A DNA stretch of 64,000 nt from Puniceicoccaceae bacterium (lineage in GTDB: Bacteria > Verrucomicrobiota > Verrucomicrobiia > Opitutales > Oceanipulchritudinaceae), in the NCBI GenBank assembly GCA_040830765.1, contig JBFOMH010000003.1, forward strand, positions 32,001 to 96,000. The letters are read 5' to 3'. The notes below the pieces were generated by a model. It was not told the origin of the DNA and did no database searches. It worked only from the letters and a program-made list of their open reading frames with translations. The position numbers and the translations under genes were made by a program. Of this stretch, positions 19,109 to 30,460 are shown in pieces. Positions within the stretch are counted from its first letter, which is position 1. The number at the start of each line of letters is the position of its first letter.

Positions 19109-21331
19109 ATGAACAACACATTATTCTGGATAACTCCAGCTGCCTCACTGGCTGCGCTCGGTTTCGCGCTCTTCTTTTTCCGCAACATGCTGAAAAGTTC
19201 CGAAGGGACGGAAACCATGGCCACGATCGCCCAGCATGTCCGCACCGGGGCCATGGCGTATTTAAAACAGCAATACAAAATTGTCGGGATATTCTTCATC
19301 CTGATATTCGCCATATTCGCTTATCTGGCTTATGTCCTGCACCTGCAGAACAACTGGGTGCCCTTCGCTTTCATCACCGGCGGATTCTTTTCCGGCCTGG
19401 CTGGATTCTTCGGCATGAAGACGGCCACCTATGCCTCCGCACGCGTCGCCAACGCCGCCCGCGAATCGCTCGACGGTGGCCTCAAGCTGGCCTTCCGCAG
19501 CGGGGCGGTGATGGGCCTCGTCGTCGTCGGCCTCGCCCTGCTCGACATTTCCATTTGGTTCCTCGTCCTTAACAAATGGGTCAGCGCAGCCACTCCGCAG
19601 GAAAAGATGACGATCATTACCACCACCATGCTGACCTTTGGCATGGGGGCCTCCCTGCAAGCCCTCTTTGCCCGGGTTGGGGGTGGTATCTTCACCAAGG
19701 CAGCCGATGTCGGTGCCGACCTCGTTGGCAAGGTGGAAGCCAGTATCCCCGAAGACGATCCCCGCAATGCGGCCACTATTGCTGACAATGTCGGCGACAA
19801 CGTGGGCGACGTTGCCGGTATGGGAGCCGACCTTTACGAATCCTATTGCGGCTCCATTCTCGCTACGGCCGCGCTCGGCGCGGCGGCTTACGCAAACGGG
19901 GATCCGGAACTGCAGTACAAGGCGGTCATCGCACCAATGATCATAGCTGGTATTGGTACGCTCCTCTCGATCATTGGCGTCTACATCGTGCGGACCAAAC
20001 CTGGGGCCCGTCAGCGTGAGCTAATGAGCTCCCTCGGCAAAGCCGTGAACCTCAGCTCGGTGTTGATTGTCATCGCCTCTCTCCTCGTCCTGAGAGCGCT
20101 CGGTGTTCCCAACTGGCTTGGCATCTGGGGCTCCATCGTGACCGGATTGGTTACGGGGATCGTGATCGGCAAGGCGACGGAATATTACACCAGCCACGAG
20201 TACTCCCCCACCCGCTCCATTTCCGAATCGGGAAAGACCGGTCCGGCCACCGTCATCATTTCCGGCATGGGAGTGGGCTTTATCTCCACTGTCATCCCGG
20301 TCTTGGCGGTTGTCACCGGAACCACGCTCGCCTTCTGTTTCGCGGCCGGTGACTGGCATTTCACCACCACCTCGATTAGCCAGGGACTTTACGGAATTGG
20401 CATCGCTGCCGTCGGTATGCTCTCCACCCTGGGGTTGACGCTGGCCACGGATGCCTATGGTCCCATTGCGGACAACGCGGGCGGCAATGCGGAGATGAGT
20501 GGACTGGGGCCGGAAGTACGCGCCCGCACGGACGCCCTCGACGCCCTCGGCAATACAACCGCTGCTACCGGCAAGGGTTTTGCCATCGGTTCCGCCGCCC
20601 TGACCGCCCTTGCTCTCCTCGCCTCTTACATCGAGGAACTGAAAATCGGGCTCATCCACATCCTGCAAAAGGGACAGTCCTTTACCTTCCCCAATGGTAT
20701 CGAATTAACGGATACAGCAAGTGTCCGTGAACTCGACCTGATGCAGTTCATGGATTACTTCGAGGTTACCCTGATGAATCCAAAGGTCCTTATCGGCATT
20801 TTCATCGGTGCCATGATGGCCTTCCTGTTCTGCGGCCTGACCATGAACGCGGTTGGCCGGGCAGCCCAGAAAATGGTCGAGGAGGTACGCCGCCAGTTCC
20901 GCGAAATTGATGGCATCCTGACGGGCAGGGCGGAACCGGATTACGCCCGCTGCGTCGAGATCTCCACCATGGGTGCCCAGCGGGAAATGATCCTGCCCTC
21001 GATGGTGGCGGTACTGGTGCCCGTCATTGTCGGTCTTGTCTTCGGTGTCCCGGGAGTCTTCGGCCTTCTTGCCGGCGGCCTCTCAAGCGGCTTCGTACTG
21101 GCCGTCTTCATGGCCAATTCCGGGGGCGCCTGGGATAATGCCAAGAAGTACGTCGAGGAGGGTCACCTCGGCGGCAAGGGCGGTGACACGCACAAGGCAA
21201 CCGTCATCGGCGATACCGTAGGCGATCCCTTCAAGGATACCTCCGGCCCATCCCTGAACATCCTCATCAAGTTGATGAGCATGGTCTCCATTGTCATGGC
21301 CGGCGTCACCGTCGCCTTCAGTATATTCTAA
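19109..21331 (+). CDS. hppA: Membrane-bound pyrophosphatase, K+-dependent type, probably Na+-translocating
   Basis: [35 protein letters not shown] (Ala at the K+-dependence position) and [14 protein letters not shown]. Confidence 0.96.
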   Translation: MNNTLFWITPAASLAALGFALFFFRNMLKSSEGTETMATIAQHVRTGAMAYLKQQYKIVGIFFILIFAIFAYLAYVLHLQNNWVPFAFITGGFFSGLAGFFGMKTATYASARVANAARESLDGGLKLAFRSGAVMGLVVVGLALLDISIWFLVLNKWVSAATPQEKMTIITTTMLTFGMGASLQALFARVGGGIFTKAADVGADLVGKVEASIPEDDPRNAATIADNVGDNVGDVAGMGADLYESYCGSILATAALGAAAYANGDPELQYKAVIAPMIIAGIGTLLSIIGVYIVRTKPGARQRELMSSLGKAVNLSSVLIVIASLLVLRALGVPNWLGIWGSIVTGLVTGIVIGKATEYYTSHEYSPTRSISESGKTGPATVIISGMGVGFISTVIPVLAVVTGTTLAFCFAAGDWHFTTTSISQGLYGIGIAAVGMLSTLGLTLATDAYGPIADNAGGNAEMSGLGPEVRARTDALDALGNTTAATGKGFAIGSAALTALALLASYIEELKIGLIHILQKGQSFTFPNGIELTDTASVRELDLMQFMDYFEVTLMNPKVLIGIFIGAMMAFLFCGLTMNAVGRAAQKMVEEVRRQFREIDGILTGRAEPDYARCVEISTMGAQREMILPSMVAVLVPVIVGLVFGVPGVFGLLAGGLSSGFVLAVFMANSGGAWDNAKKYVEEGHLGGKGGDTHKATVIGDTVGDPFKDTSGPSLNILIKLMSMVSIVMAGVTVAFSIF

Positions 21332-22597
21332 TCAGACTTCCAACAACTCGAGATTGAGAGCCTTGGCGTATTCCGGCAGGGTTTCCATCGAAACGGGAAG
21401 CGTTCCATTGAGGCGGTCGACAAAACCGCTCATGAATGGATCCGTTGCTGCCGTTGCTCCGAGGTTCAGGTCCAGTCCAAGCAACTTGCGCCATTCGGCC
21501 TCGCGCCCTTTGCCGTAGTTGCTCAGGGCGGAAGCGTCCGCCTTGCCCTCGATCTGGTCGGCAAGGATATTGCCCAGCATTTCCCCTTCGTGGATGCCGA
21601 TATTCATGCTCTGCATGCCGATGGGACCCGTCAGGTGACTGGCATCGCCGGTCAGCCAGACCCGGTTATTGCCAAAGCTTTCCGCCAGCCGTTTCTCAAA
21701 GCGGACAATCATGCGCCACCGGAAAGGTCCAATGGACCCATCAAACCATGGGGCCCGCTGCTTGATCATCTCGGAGAGCATGCTCGACTCAAGGACACGG
21801 TATCCCTGGTTGCCTACCTGCATGAACAACCGGTCCTTGTCCCGGGAATATTGTTCAGCCGCTGATTCGCCAATTTCGAATCCCCAGCGGTAGTAACCAC
21901 CCGGAAGGGGCCAAAGGACGCTGGTTCCTTCTTCCCCGAAGATGATCCGGACCTCATTGGCATGGTCGTAATTGGACTTGAACTCAAAAACGGCAAAACT
22001 CTGTGTCGGGGCGACCTTCGGAAACTCGATGCCCAGTCGCCGGCGTACCATTGAGAAATGGCCGTCCGCACCGACAACGTAATCCGCGGTCCGTGCAACT
22101 TCCTTGTCGACCTGCCATTCCAAACGAGCCATGGCATAGCCGCTCATGCCCTCGACCAACCGCTCCAACTCGACCTCGACGCCATCCGCGCCCTGCTTGA
22201 GACCCGCCAGCCGGTGGTTCCAGCTGATGTTGACTGAGGCGGCTTCCAGCGGTTCGATTAAGGCAGTTTCCAGATGGTCCTGTCCGACCACCCACAATCC
22301 TTCCTCCTGACCCGGAATCGTGGTCAGGTCGAGGGTGAATCTTGGTTCCGAGTTGTCGCAATAGACGATCTTCTTCACCAGCAGGGAGTTTTCCTCCAGT
22401 TTGCCCGCAACTCCCCATTCCCTGAGCTTCCCGTGGGAATCAGGGTGGAGTGCGAGGGCATAACTGTGGGTTCCAGGTCGGTCGTCGCGCTCTATTAGTT
22501 CAATCGGAACGTTTCTCCTGTGAAGAGCCAGGGCCGTCGCCAATCCGGCAGGCCCTGCCCCGACGATCAGGACTTTGGGGCTCGTTTTCCCTCTCAT
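21332..22597 (-). CDS. FAD-dependent monooxygenase (UbiH/PheA-like)
   Basis: GAGPAG, VGADG and GDASH motifs; the GxGMN motif is degenerate (MQSMNIG). Confidence 0.85.
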   Translation of the reverse strand: MRGKTSPKVLIVGAGPAGLATALALHRRNVPIELIERDDRPGTHSYALALHPDSHGKLREWGVAGKLEENSLLVKKIVYCDNSEPRFTLDLTTIPGQEEGLWVVGQDHLETALIEPLEAASVNISWNHRLAGLKQGADGVEVELERLVEGMSGYAMARLEWQVDKEVARTADYVVGADGHFSMVRRRLGIEFPKVAPTQSFAVFEFKSNYDHANEVRIIFGEEGTSVLWPLPGGYYRWGFEIGESAAEQYSRDKDRLFMQVGNQGYRVLESSMLSEMIKQRAPWFDGSIGPFRWRMIVRFEKRLAESFGNNRVWLTGDASHLTGPIGMQSMNIGIHEGEMLGNILADQIEGKADASALSNYGKGREAEWRKLLGLDLNLGATAATDPFMSGFVDRLNGTLPVSMETLPEYAKALNLELLEV

Positions 22598-22724
22598 TAC
22601 ATTTAATGGTAATCAATGCGTCCACTCGGTCAATGGAATTCACTTCTGTAAAAATTCCTGAGTTGGCGAATCCGGCCCAAATTATTTTGCATCCCGGGTC
22701 AGCATTTCAGATAATTACCGTCCC

Positions 22725-23306
22725 ATGGCACTGGACGAACAGCTTCACCTATCTGTCCACCTGACCCTTCCAGACTGGATCCGGGAGTATAATTCCCTGT
22801 TAGACGAGCCTTTCAACTCGGATGAAGACAAAATGGATCTGGCCATTCGGCTTGCCTCGCGAAATGTCCGCGAAGGCACGGGCGGCCCGTTCGGGGCAGC
22901 TATATTTGAAACCGACAGCGGCCGGGTCATCTCAGTCGGGGTCAACCGGGTAGTCCCCTTGAACAATTCCACGGCCCATGCCGAAATGATGGCCTTTATG
23001 CTGGCGCAGAAACGCCTCCGGAGCTTTCGCCTCGACGCGACCCGACATCATTTCGTCCTTGCTACCAGTGCCCAGCCCTGCGCCATGTGCTACGGGGCCT
23101 GCCCTTGGGCGGGTATCGACCGTCTGATCATCGGAGCCCGACGGGAAGATGTGGAAAGCCTGACCGAGTTTGACGAAGGACCCATGCCCCGTGACTGGAT
23201 TGAAGGCCTCAATCGCCGGGGAATCCATGTAACCCAGGATGTCCTCCGCAAGGAAGCCTGCTCCGTTTTCAGGGACTATCAAAGGTCCCGGGGAGAGACC
23301 TACTGA
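22725..23306 (+). CDS. Zn-dependent nucleoside/guanine deaminase (CDA superfamily)
   Basis: GGPFGA, TAHAE and PCAMC motifs. Confidence 0.9.
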   Translation: MALDEQLHLSVHLTLPDWIREYNSLLDEPFNSDEDKMDLAIRLASRNVREGTGGPFGAAIFETDSGRVISVGVNRVVPLNNSTAHAEMMAFMLAQKRLRSFRLDATRHHFVLATSAQPCAMCYGACPWAGIDRLIIGARREDVESLTEFDEGPMPRDWIEGLNRRGIHVTQDVLRKEACSVFRDYQRSRGETY

Positions 23307-23318
23307 ATTTGAGTCCGC

Positions 23319-23729
<411 letters not shown>

Positions 23730-23780
23730 GGGTAATATTCCTAAGGGGAACTAAAAAGTGTGCTGTCCAGCAGGGGTGGG

Positions 23781-25397
23781 TCAAGCTTTGGTTGGCGGGC
23801 GCCCGATAAATATCTGCAAGACCAGCAGTGAACCGAAGAAGATTGCCCCCGAAAGAATGGCACCGATGAGCGATCCCCCACTCCATCCAGCCGGCATAAA
23901 GCCCAGCACGGCCGCACCCAGAGCGGCTAAAGCGGCATACGGCAGTTGCGTTCGCACATGGTCCATCGGGTCCAGGTCACAGGCAATCGAGGAGACAATG
24001 GTCGTGTCGCTGATGGGGGAACAGTGGTCCCCGAAGACGGCACCGCTGAAGACGGCGCCAATGACCATGGGGACAAGCTGCAATCCGGCTTCGGTCTCTC
24101 CGGCAACGGCAAAGGCCAGGGGGATGGCCAGTGGCATCAGAAGCCCCATGGTGCCCCAGGAGGTTCCGGTGGTAAAGGCCACCAGGCTGCCGGTCAGGAA
24201 AACAGCCACCGGAAACAGCTCCTCTGGAATGCGCCCTCCCAGCATCTCCCCAAGATAGGCGGCCGCCTCAAGCTCCTTTAAAGTACTGCTGAGCATCCAG
24301 GCCATGATCAGGATCAGGACGGGCTGGAACAACTGGATCATTCCCTCCATGAAAATACCCCCCCGGGAATTTTCTCCCGTTGAGGCCGCTTTCGGGAAAA
24401 AGAGCCAGGCCAAAAAGGCCCCGGTGGCACTCCCGACAATCAGGATGGCGGGGACATTGGCCTCGGAAAACGACAAGGCCAGCTTGTCCAGGGTGAAGGG
24501 GAAAAGAGCTTCGCCCATTCGCTTGGTCCCGTCGGTATAAATCCCGGCAAAAATAATCACCAGCAGGGCCGCCACCGGGATCCAGGCTCGCCACAAGCCC
24601 TCCGGGGCAACGGGCAAGCCGCTCTCCATCGGCGCCTCCCCTCCCCCGGATTCCGCTTTGTAGCTGGCCATCGGCCCGAAGTTCCATTGCCGCCAGATCG
24701 CCACCACCATCAGGATAAGGGCAAACCAGGCATAGTAATTGTGTGGCAGGCTGGCAAAGAACTGCCGGTAGGGATCGGACAGGGCCTCCTGTCCGGCCAG
24801 GGCAAAGCCCTCGCGGATCATCGCCAGTTGGTAGGCGATCCAGGTCGAAATAAAGGCCAGGCAGGCAACTGCCGCACTCGTGGTATCGACAATGTAGGCC
24901 AGCCGAACCTTGCTCACTCCTGCAGACCGGGCCAGCGGCTGGAAAATCCGGCCCACCATGAGGCTGTTGGCCAGGCCGTCAAAAAAGCAGATCAGGCCAA
25001 AGGCCCCCGCTCCTGCCTCCACCTTGCGGCGGGACTGGCCATGGAGCAGGCGAATCAACAGCGCCTGCAGGATACCTCCCTTCTCCAGCAGGTGGACAAA
25101 GCCCCCCAGGAGAAGGGTGAAGACGATTGCGCCGGATTTCCACGGGCTGCTGAAATTGGGCAGGAGGTGGTTTTCCACCAGTTGCATCGGGACCGCCCAG
25201 AGCCGGCCATCGGCCAGCAATATAGCTCCCACCAGCGCACCTCCCAGCAAGCCGGCAAGCACATTGCGGGTCGTGAACACCAGCAGCAGGGCAGCAACGC
25301 TCGGCCAGATGGCACCAAAGGCCAGGCCTGTCCACTCGATTAGGGCGGTGACAACAGCCACTGCTCCAACTAATCCCATGAGGCGCGTTCCCTTCAT
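23781..25397 (-). CDS. Na+/H+ antiporter NhaC family protein
   Basis: FFDGLAN, YIVDTTSA, TTGTSWGT, FGDHCSPISDTT and HVRTQLPY motifs. Start uncertain. Confidence 0.88.
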   Translation of the reverse strand: MKGTRLMGLVGAVAVVTALIEWTGLAFGAIWPSVAALLLVFTTRNVLAGLLGGALVGAILLADGRLWAVPMQLVENHLLPNFSSPWKSGAIVFTLLLGGFVHLLEKGGILQALLIRLLHGQSRRKVEAGAGAFGLICFFDGLANSLMVGRIFQPLARSAGVSKVRLAYIVDTTSAAVACLAFISTWIAYQLAMIREGFALAGQEALSDPYRQFFASLPHNYYAWFALILMVVAIWRQWNFGPMASYKAESGGGEAPMESGLPVAPEGLWRAWIPVAALLVIIFAGIYTDGTKRMGEALFPFTLDKLALSFSEANVPAILIVGSATGAFLAWLFFPKAASTGENSRGGIFMEGMIQLFQPVLILIMAWMLSSTLKELEAAAYLGEMLGGRIPEELFPVAVFLTGSLVAFTTGTSWGTMGLLMPLAIPLAFAVAGETEAGLQLVPMVIGAVFSGAVFGDHCSPISDTTIVSSIACDLDPMDHVRTQLPYAALAALGAAVLGFMPAGWSGGSLIGAILSGAIFFGSLLVLQIFIGRPPTKA

Positions 25398-25494
25398 CCT
25401 GCAGGAGAATGGGTGGATGTCGGTGCCCAATCAAGTTTCCATTTTGGTTCCAACGGTTGCAACTTCTCCCGGACCTGTTTGAGTTCTCCCACAA

Positions 25495-26610
25495 ATGCGT
25501 TTCTCCCCTGCAAAGCCCTCCCTTTACGGCATGACTCCCGAGGACCTCAGCGAGGTCCTGCGTGAAGGAGGATTCCCGGCTTTCCGCGTCAAGCAGATCC
25601 TCGGGTGGCTCTACCAGCAGCGCGCGATTAACTTCGGGGAAATGAAAAACCTTCCCAAGGAACTGCTTTCATGGCTCCAGGAACGGTATTGCGTCAGCCC
25701 CAATTCCGTCCTCCTGGTCAAGCGGGCCAGTGATGTTACGGAAAAGCTTCTCATCCAGGGCGAGGACCAGTCGCTGGTGGAGACGGTCCTCATCCGCTAT
25801 CCGCAGCGCGGGGTCGGGAACGACTCCTCCCGCAAGACCATTTGTGTCTCTTCCCAAGTGGGCTGCGCCTACGGATGCAAGTTCTGCGCCTCCGGACTGG
25901 CCGGCTGGAAACGGGACCTTACGGCAGCGGAGATCGTTTCCCAGTTCATCCACGTCTCCCGCTTGGAAGCGGAGCGCGATGGCGACAGTGCCGATCGCAA
26001 CGTACCCCTCGACAATATCGTCTTCATGGGCATGGGCGAACCCCTGGCCAATTACGACAACCTCGTCGCCGCCATCCACACCCTCAACGCGCCGTGGGGC
26101 CTCCACTTCGGCGCCCGCCGCATCACCATTTCCACCTCCGGACTGGTTCCCCAAATCCGCAAGCTGGCCGACGAACCGGTCCAGTTCCGTCTCGCCCTCA
26201 GTCTCCATGGCGCCACCAACGCCGTCCGCGAACAGATCATGCCCATCAACAAGCGCTATCCGCTCGAGGAATTGATCCCCGCGGTCGAGGCCTTCTCCCG
26301 CAAAAAGGGCCGCATGCTGACCCTCGAGTTTATTCTCATCGAGGACGTCAATGACTCCTTCGACCAGGCCCGTGAACTGGCCACCATCGCCAACCGCCTC
26401 CACGCCCACGTCAACCTCATCCCCTACAACCGGGTCGAGGGCCTTCCCTGGAAGCGTCCCAATATCAAGCGCCAACAGGCCTTTGCCCAGATTCTCAAGG
26501 CCGCCCGAGTCTCCCACACCATCCGCAAGGAAAAGGGCCACGACATCGACGCCGCCTGCGGCCAGCTCCGCCTCCAGACCGAGCGCGACCGTGCCGCCGG
26601 GAAGGATTGA
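25495..26610 (+). CDS. rlmN: 23S rRNA (A2503-C2)/tRNA methyltransferase RlmN (radical SAM)
   Basis: CVSSQVGCAYGCKFC, MGMGEP and DIDAACGQL motifs. Confidence 0.96.
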   Translation: MRFSPAKPSLYGMTPEDLSEVLREGGFPAFRVKQILGWLYQQRAINFGEMKNLPKELLSWLQERYCVSPNSVLLVKRASDVTEKLLIQGEDQSLVETVLIRYPQRGVGNDSSRKTICVSSQVGCAYGCKFCASGLAGWKRDLTAAEIVSQFIHVSRLEAERDGDSADRNVPLDNIVFMGMGEPLANYDNLVAAIHTLNAPWGLHFGARRITISTSGLVPQIRKLADEPVQFRLALSLHGATNAVREQIMPINKRYPLEELIPAVEAFSRKKGRMLTLEFILIEDVNDSFDQARELATIANRLHAHVNLIPYNRVEGLPWKRPNIKRQQAFAQILKAARVSHTIRKEKGHDIDAACGQLRLQTERDRAAGKD

Positions 26611-26664
26611 TCCCCTCGTCCGTTTTTCTCCTTTACACCCAACCCATCATCCTATCATGATTTG

Positions 26665-27549
26665 ATGATGCTTAAAAATCGGCCAATTGGGGAATTGCTG
26701 GCACGGAGTGGACCGGTCATCTCGGTGGAGTTCTTTCCGCCGAAGGATGACACGGGCGGGGAACAGATCGTCGAGACGGCCCGGGCGATCCGGGAGCAGG
26801 TGAATCCCGACTTCGTTTCCATCACCTATGGGGCCGGGGGAACCACCCGGGAACGGACTTTCCGCTATGCCAGCATCCTCAAGGACGAATATGGCTTTGA
26901 AGTGATGCCACACCTGACCTGTGTCGGTTCCAGCAAGGAAGAACTGGTGGATATCATCAAGGGCTACCAGGAGGTGGGCTTCTGCAACATCATGGCATTG
27001 CGGGGCGATCCGCCCAAGGGCGAAAGCACCTTCACCCCGCATCCCGAGGGCCTTCCCCATGCCCAGGATCTGGTCCGGCTGATCCGGGGGGAATTTTCTG
27101 GCTTCAGCATTGGCGTGGCTGGCTATCCAGAGGTCCATCCGGAAGCCCCTTCGGCGGAACGGGATCTCCATTATCTCAAGGAGAAAGTCGACGCTGGCGC
27201 GTCCTTCATCACGACCCAGCTTTTCTACGACAACCGGAATTTCCTTTCCTTTGTCGAGCGCTGCCGGAATGCCGGCATCAAGGTTCCGGTCATCCCCGGC
27301 CTGATGCCGATTCGCTCAGCAAAGCAGGCCAGCCGTTTTTGCCGCGACATCCCGGAGGAGCTGGCAAGTGCGCTGGAAAAGGCGGGCGATGACAAAGCGG
27401 CAATTCGGGAGACGGCCATCGACTGGACCTACGGTCAAATCGTTGATCTGATGGACCATGATGTGAAGGCCTTTCACCTCTACATCATGAACCGCAGCGG
27501 GATGGCGGTTGAGGTTATCAAGCGCCTCCGGGAAGCCGGACGTCTCTAG
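26665..27549 (+). CDS. metF: 5,10-methylenetetrahydrofolate reductase
   Basis: SVEFFPPK, ITYGAGG, HLTC, ALRGD, GYPEVH and TQLF motifs. Confidence 0.95.
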   Translation: MMLKNRPIGELLARSGPVISVEFFPPKDDTGGEQIVETARAIREQVNPDFVSITYGAGGTTRERTFRYASILKDEYGFEVMPHLTCVGSSKEELVDIIKGYQEVGFCNIMALRGDPPKGESTFTPHPEGLPHAQDLVRLIRGEFSGFSIGVAGYPEVHPEAPSAERDLHYLKEKVDAGASFITTQLFYDNRNFLSFVERCRNAGIKVPVIPGLMPIRSAKQASRFCRDIPEELASALEKAGDDKAAIRETAIDWTYGQIVDLMDHDVKAFHLYIMNRSGMAVEVIKRLREAGRL

Positions 27550-27552
27550 CTT

Positions 27553-28029
27553 TTAATCGTCCTTGCTCCAGAACTTCCACCACTTGCGCCGCTTCTCCTT
27601 GGCAGTGTCGGAAGCGTTTTCCAGGTCCTTCTGGGGTTGCTCGGCTTTCTTCTCGGCTTGTTTGGCCAATCCCGGCGGCATGTCGCCCTTCTCAGCCTTC
27701 TGGGCCTTTACCTTCGCTTCCTTCCCGGCTCTTTCTTCTGCCTCTTCCCGGGCCTTCTCACGAGCCTCTTCAGCTTTCTCGCGGGCCTTTTCAGCTTCTT
27801 CTTCGGCCTTTTCCCTGGCTTCTTCAGCAGCTTCAGCAGCATCCCTGTCTACCTCGGTGGCCGGTTTTGCTTTCTTGCCGGCCTTTTGTGCATGCTCAGC
27901 CACATCCTCGTGGACCGACTCGCCCATTTCCGCGCGGGCCTTGCCGGGTCCCTTCCCTTCCGGAGGGGCTGCCTGAATCAGGCTGGTGCAAATGAGGGCA
28001 GATAGAAAAATGAGTGCTTTAGATTTCAT
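27553..28029 (-). CDS. Secreted low-complexity Ala/Glu/Lys-rich protein
   Basis: Signal peptide MKSKALIFL..IQA, AREKAEE-type repeats, PPGLAK and C-terminal KWWKFW. Confidence 0.75.
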   Translation of the reverse strand: MKSKALIFLSALICTSLIQAAPPEGKGPGKARAEMGESVHEDVAEHAQKAGKKAKPATEVDRDAAEAAEEAREKAEEEAEKAREKAEEAREKAREEAEERAGKEAKVKAQKAEKGDMPPGLAKQAEKKAEQPQKDLENASDTAKEKRRKWWKFWSKDD

Positions 28030-28086
28030 AACCCGCCCAGTCTGTCGAAAGACGCTTACCCTGTCGACAGTCAACTTGCGGCACCT

Positions 28087-29067
28087 TCACTTCCTCGGAT
28101 GAAACTTCTCATGCGCCTCGACGAGTCGTTTGCGGTCGACCCGGGTATAGATCTCAGTGGTTCCGATATCGGCATGGCCCAGCATTTCCTGGATGGCACG
28201 CAGGTCCGCCCCGTTGGAGAGGAGATGGGTGGCGAAGGAATGCCTAAGGAGGTGCGGCTTGACCGGTTTCTTAATCCCTGCCCTCTGGGCGTATTCCTTG
28301 ATCCAATACCAAATCGTCTTGCGGGAAAGGGCTGTCCCGCGGTTGCTCAGGAAAAGGGCACTCCCGGTCTTGGGACGCACCATGGAAGGACGTGCGTTGT
28401 GCAGGTAGCGCTGAATCGCTTCCCCTGCCTGACGCCCCACCGGGACGAGGCGGTCCTTGCCCCGCTTGCCTGCCTCGACGCGTAAGAAGCCATCTTCCAG
28501 ATCGAGGTCCTGCAGGGACAGTTGGCACAGCTCCGTTACCCGCAGGCCACTGCTGTACATCAGCTCAAGAAAGGCACGGTCCCGCAATCCCTGGGCGGAA
28601 TGGCGACTGGGCGCATCTAGGAGGGCATCAACCTCCTCCGGCGAAAGCGTATCTGGCAGTTGACGGGCCAGTTTCGGCCCGCTGACCAGCTCGGTAAAGT
28701 CACTGCCAATCACCTTTTCCGCCAGCAGGAAACGGGCGCAATGTTTGATGGCGCTCAGCTTGCGGGCCAGGGAAGCCGCAGAGTAGTCAGCCCCGTCGAG
28801 CGACTGCAACCAGGCCGAGATATCCTCACCAGCCACGGATTCCCAACCCGACTTCTTCCGTTTTGTAGCGATAAACTGGGCACACTGGCAAAGGTCCCGC
28901 TGGTACCCCTCGACGGTATGCCGCGAGTGTCCCTTTTCCAGCTCGATAAAGACCCCGAAGGCATCAAGCCCATCCGCCAGTCCGGGCGGCAGACTATCAA
29001 TGGCTGAATCAATGGATTCGCTCCATCGCCGCTGCTTCTTCAGGGACATGCTTCGATTAGAGGACAT
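28087..29067 (-). CDS. xerD: Site-specific tyrosine recombinase XerD/XerC
   Basis: SGLRVTEL, GK..KDR, PHLLRHSFATHLL..GADLRAIQEMLGHADI.TTEIYT. Confidence 0.88.
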   Translation of the reverse strand: MSSNRSMSLKKQRRWSESIDSAIDSLPPGLADGLDAFGVFIELEKGHSRHTVEGYQRDLCQCAQFIATKRKKSGWESVAGEDISAWLQSLDGADYSAASLARKLSAIKHCARFLLAEKVIGSDFTELVSGPKLARQLPDTLSPEEVDALLDAPSRHSAQGLRDRAFLELMYSSGLRVTELCQLSLQDLDLEDGFLRVEAGKRGKDRLVPVGRQAGEAIQRYLHNARPSMVRPKTGSALFLSNRGTALSRKTIWYWIKEYAQRAGIKKPVKPHLLRHSFATHLLSNGADLRAIQEMLGHADIGTTEIYTRVDRKRLVEAHEKFHPRK

Positions 29068-29144
29068 AGGGGGCCCTGCAGCAACCCGAAACAGCCTCAG
29101 GGTTTGCCTTGAAACGTGACTTCAGATGCTATTTCCTGTCCAAA

Positions 29145-30455
29145 ATGAAACTGGATGGACGGGAAAACGACCGGGAGCTCACACCCGCTGACTTGAGGGG
29201 AATCCTCAAGTATGTCCCCCTGTGGCGAAATCATACCTTTGTCATTGCCCTTGATGGATCCGTCATCGAGGAGGAGACCATCAACAACCTCATGTTGCAG
29301 CTGGCGGTCCTCAGCAACCTCGGCATCCGTCTCCTCATTGTCTACGGCATCGGCTCCCAGGTGAAGGGCCTCTCAAAGGAAAAGCGGATCCGCATCTCTG
29401 ACGCCCAGGGCTACGGCCCTACGGACCATGCCACCCTGGAACTGGCCATCGACGCCGCCAACCAGGTCGGGCACCGCATTGAGCGCGGCCTCACCCAGCA
29501 GCGGTTGAAGTGTGTCCGGGTCAATGCCGTCCGGGCGACGGACAAGGGCATTATCCGCGGGGTCAATCAGCTCTTCACTGGCAAGGTGGAGAAGGTTGAT
29601 GCGCGCCTGTTGGCCAAGTTGATGGAACAGGAACTGGTCCCGGTTATTGGCCCGGTAGCCTTTACCAAAGACGGCTCCGAACGGCGCATCAATTCCGACT
29701 CGCTTGCTTCTGAACTGGCCATTGCCCTCCAGGCTTCCAAGTTAATCTACCTGACTCCCTACCCCGGCCTGACCTACAAGGGTCAGCTCCGTCTCAATGC
29801 GGATGTTGGTGAAGTGAAGAAGCTGCTGGACAGCAACAGTGGCATGATTGACGAACCGGTCCGTTCCAAGGCAGCCTATGCCGTCAAGACGATCGAAGGA
29901 GGCATTCCCCGGGCCCACATCATCGACTGCCGCATTCATGACGGGCTGCTCAAGGAGGTTTTCTCAAAAGTGGGCATCGGATCGATGATTCACTCCAATC
30001 CCTACTCCCAGATCCGCCCGGCCCGGAAGAAGGATGTCGGTCCCATCTACGCCCTCACCAAGACAGCCGTCAAGGAAGAGTCCCTTCGTCCGCGGACCCG
30101 CCAAAGTATCGAGGCGGATTTTGCCGATTACTACGTCTACGAAATCGACGAAAGCGTCATCGGGTGTTTCCGCATCACCTCGTTTCCCCGCTCCCGGACT
30201 GTCGAGCTGGGCTCGGTCTTTGTCCATCCTGCCTATCAGGGTCGCCGAATCGGCAAGGCCATGGTGGAATTTGCGGTCAGCAAGGCCAAGGAGGAAGGCA
30301 AGCACCGGATGGTCGCCATGAGCACCCAGACGGCAGCCTTTTTCAAGGACACCTGCGGGTTCGAGCAGGGCACCAACGCCTTGCTTCCCAAGAAACTTCG
30401 CGAAGGCCTTCAGCGCAGTGGCCGCAATTCCCAGGTCTTTCACCTGGAGTTGTAA
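29145..30455 (+). CDS. argA: Amino-acid N-acetyltransferase (AAK + GNAT)
   Basis: N-terminal amino-acid-kinase domain (FVIALDG, INSD, RAHIID, EVFS..GIGS) plus C-terminal GNAT domain (VHPAYQGRRIG, RNSQV). Confidence 0.92.
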   Translation: MKLDGRENDRELTPADLRGILKYVPLWRNHTFVIALDGSVIEEETINNLMLQLAVLSNLGIRLLIVYGIGSQVKGLSKEKRIRISDAQGYGPTDHATLELAIDAANQVGHRIERGLTQQRLKCVRVNAVRATDKGIIRGVNQLFTGKVEKVDARLLAKLMEQELVPVIGPVAFTKDGSERRINSDSLASELAIALQASKLIYLTPYPGLTYKGQLRLNADVGEVKKLLDSNSGMIDEPVRSKAAYAVKTIEGGIPRAHIIDCRIHDGLLKEVFSKVGIGSMIHSNPYSQIRPARKKDVGPIYALTKTAVKEESLRPRTRQSIEADFADYYVYEIDESVIGCFRITSFPRSRTVELGSVFVHPAYQGRRIGKAMVEFAVSKAKEEGKHRMVAMSTQTAAFFKDTCGFEQGTNALLPKKLREGLQRSGRNSQVFHLEL

Positions 30456-30460
30456 AAGGG

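Noticed and set aside
28087..29067. Tyrosine recombinase as a phage or island integrase
   Set aside because: It has a XerD-type sequence in housekeeping context, with no att site, tRNA or mobile cargo visible.
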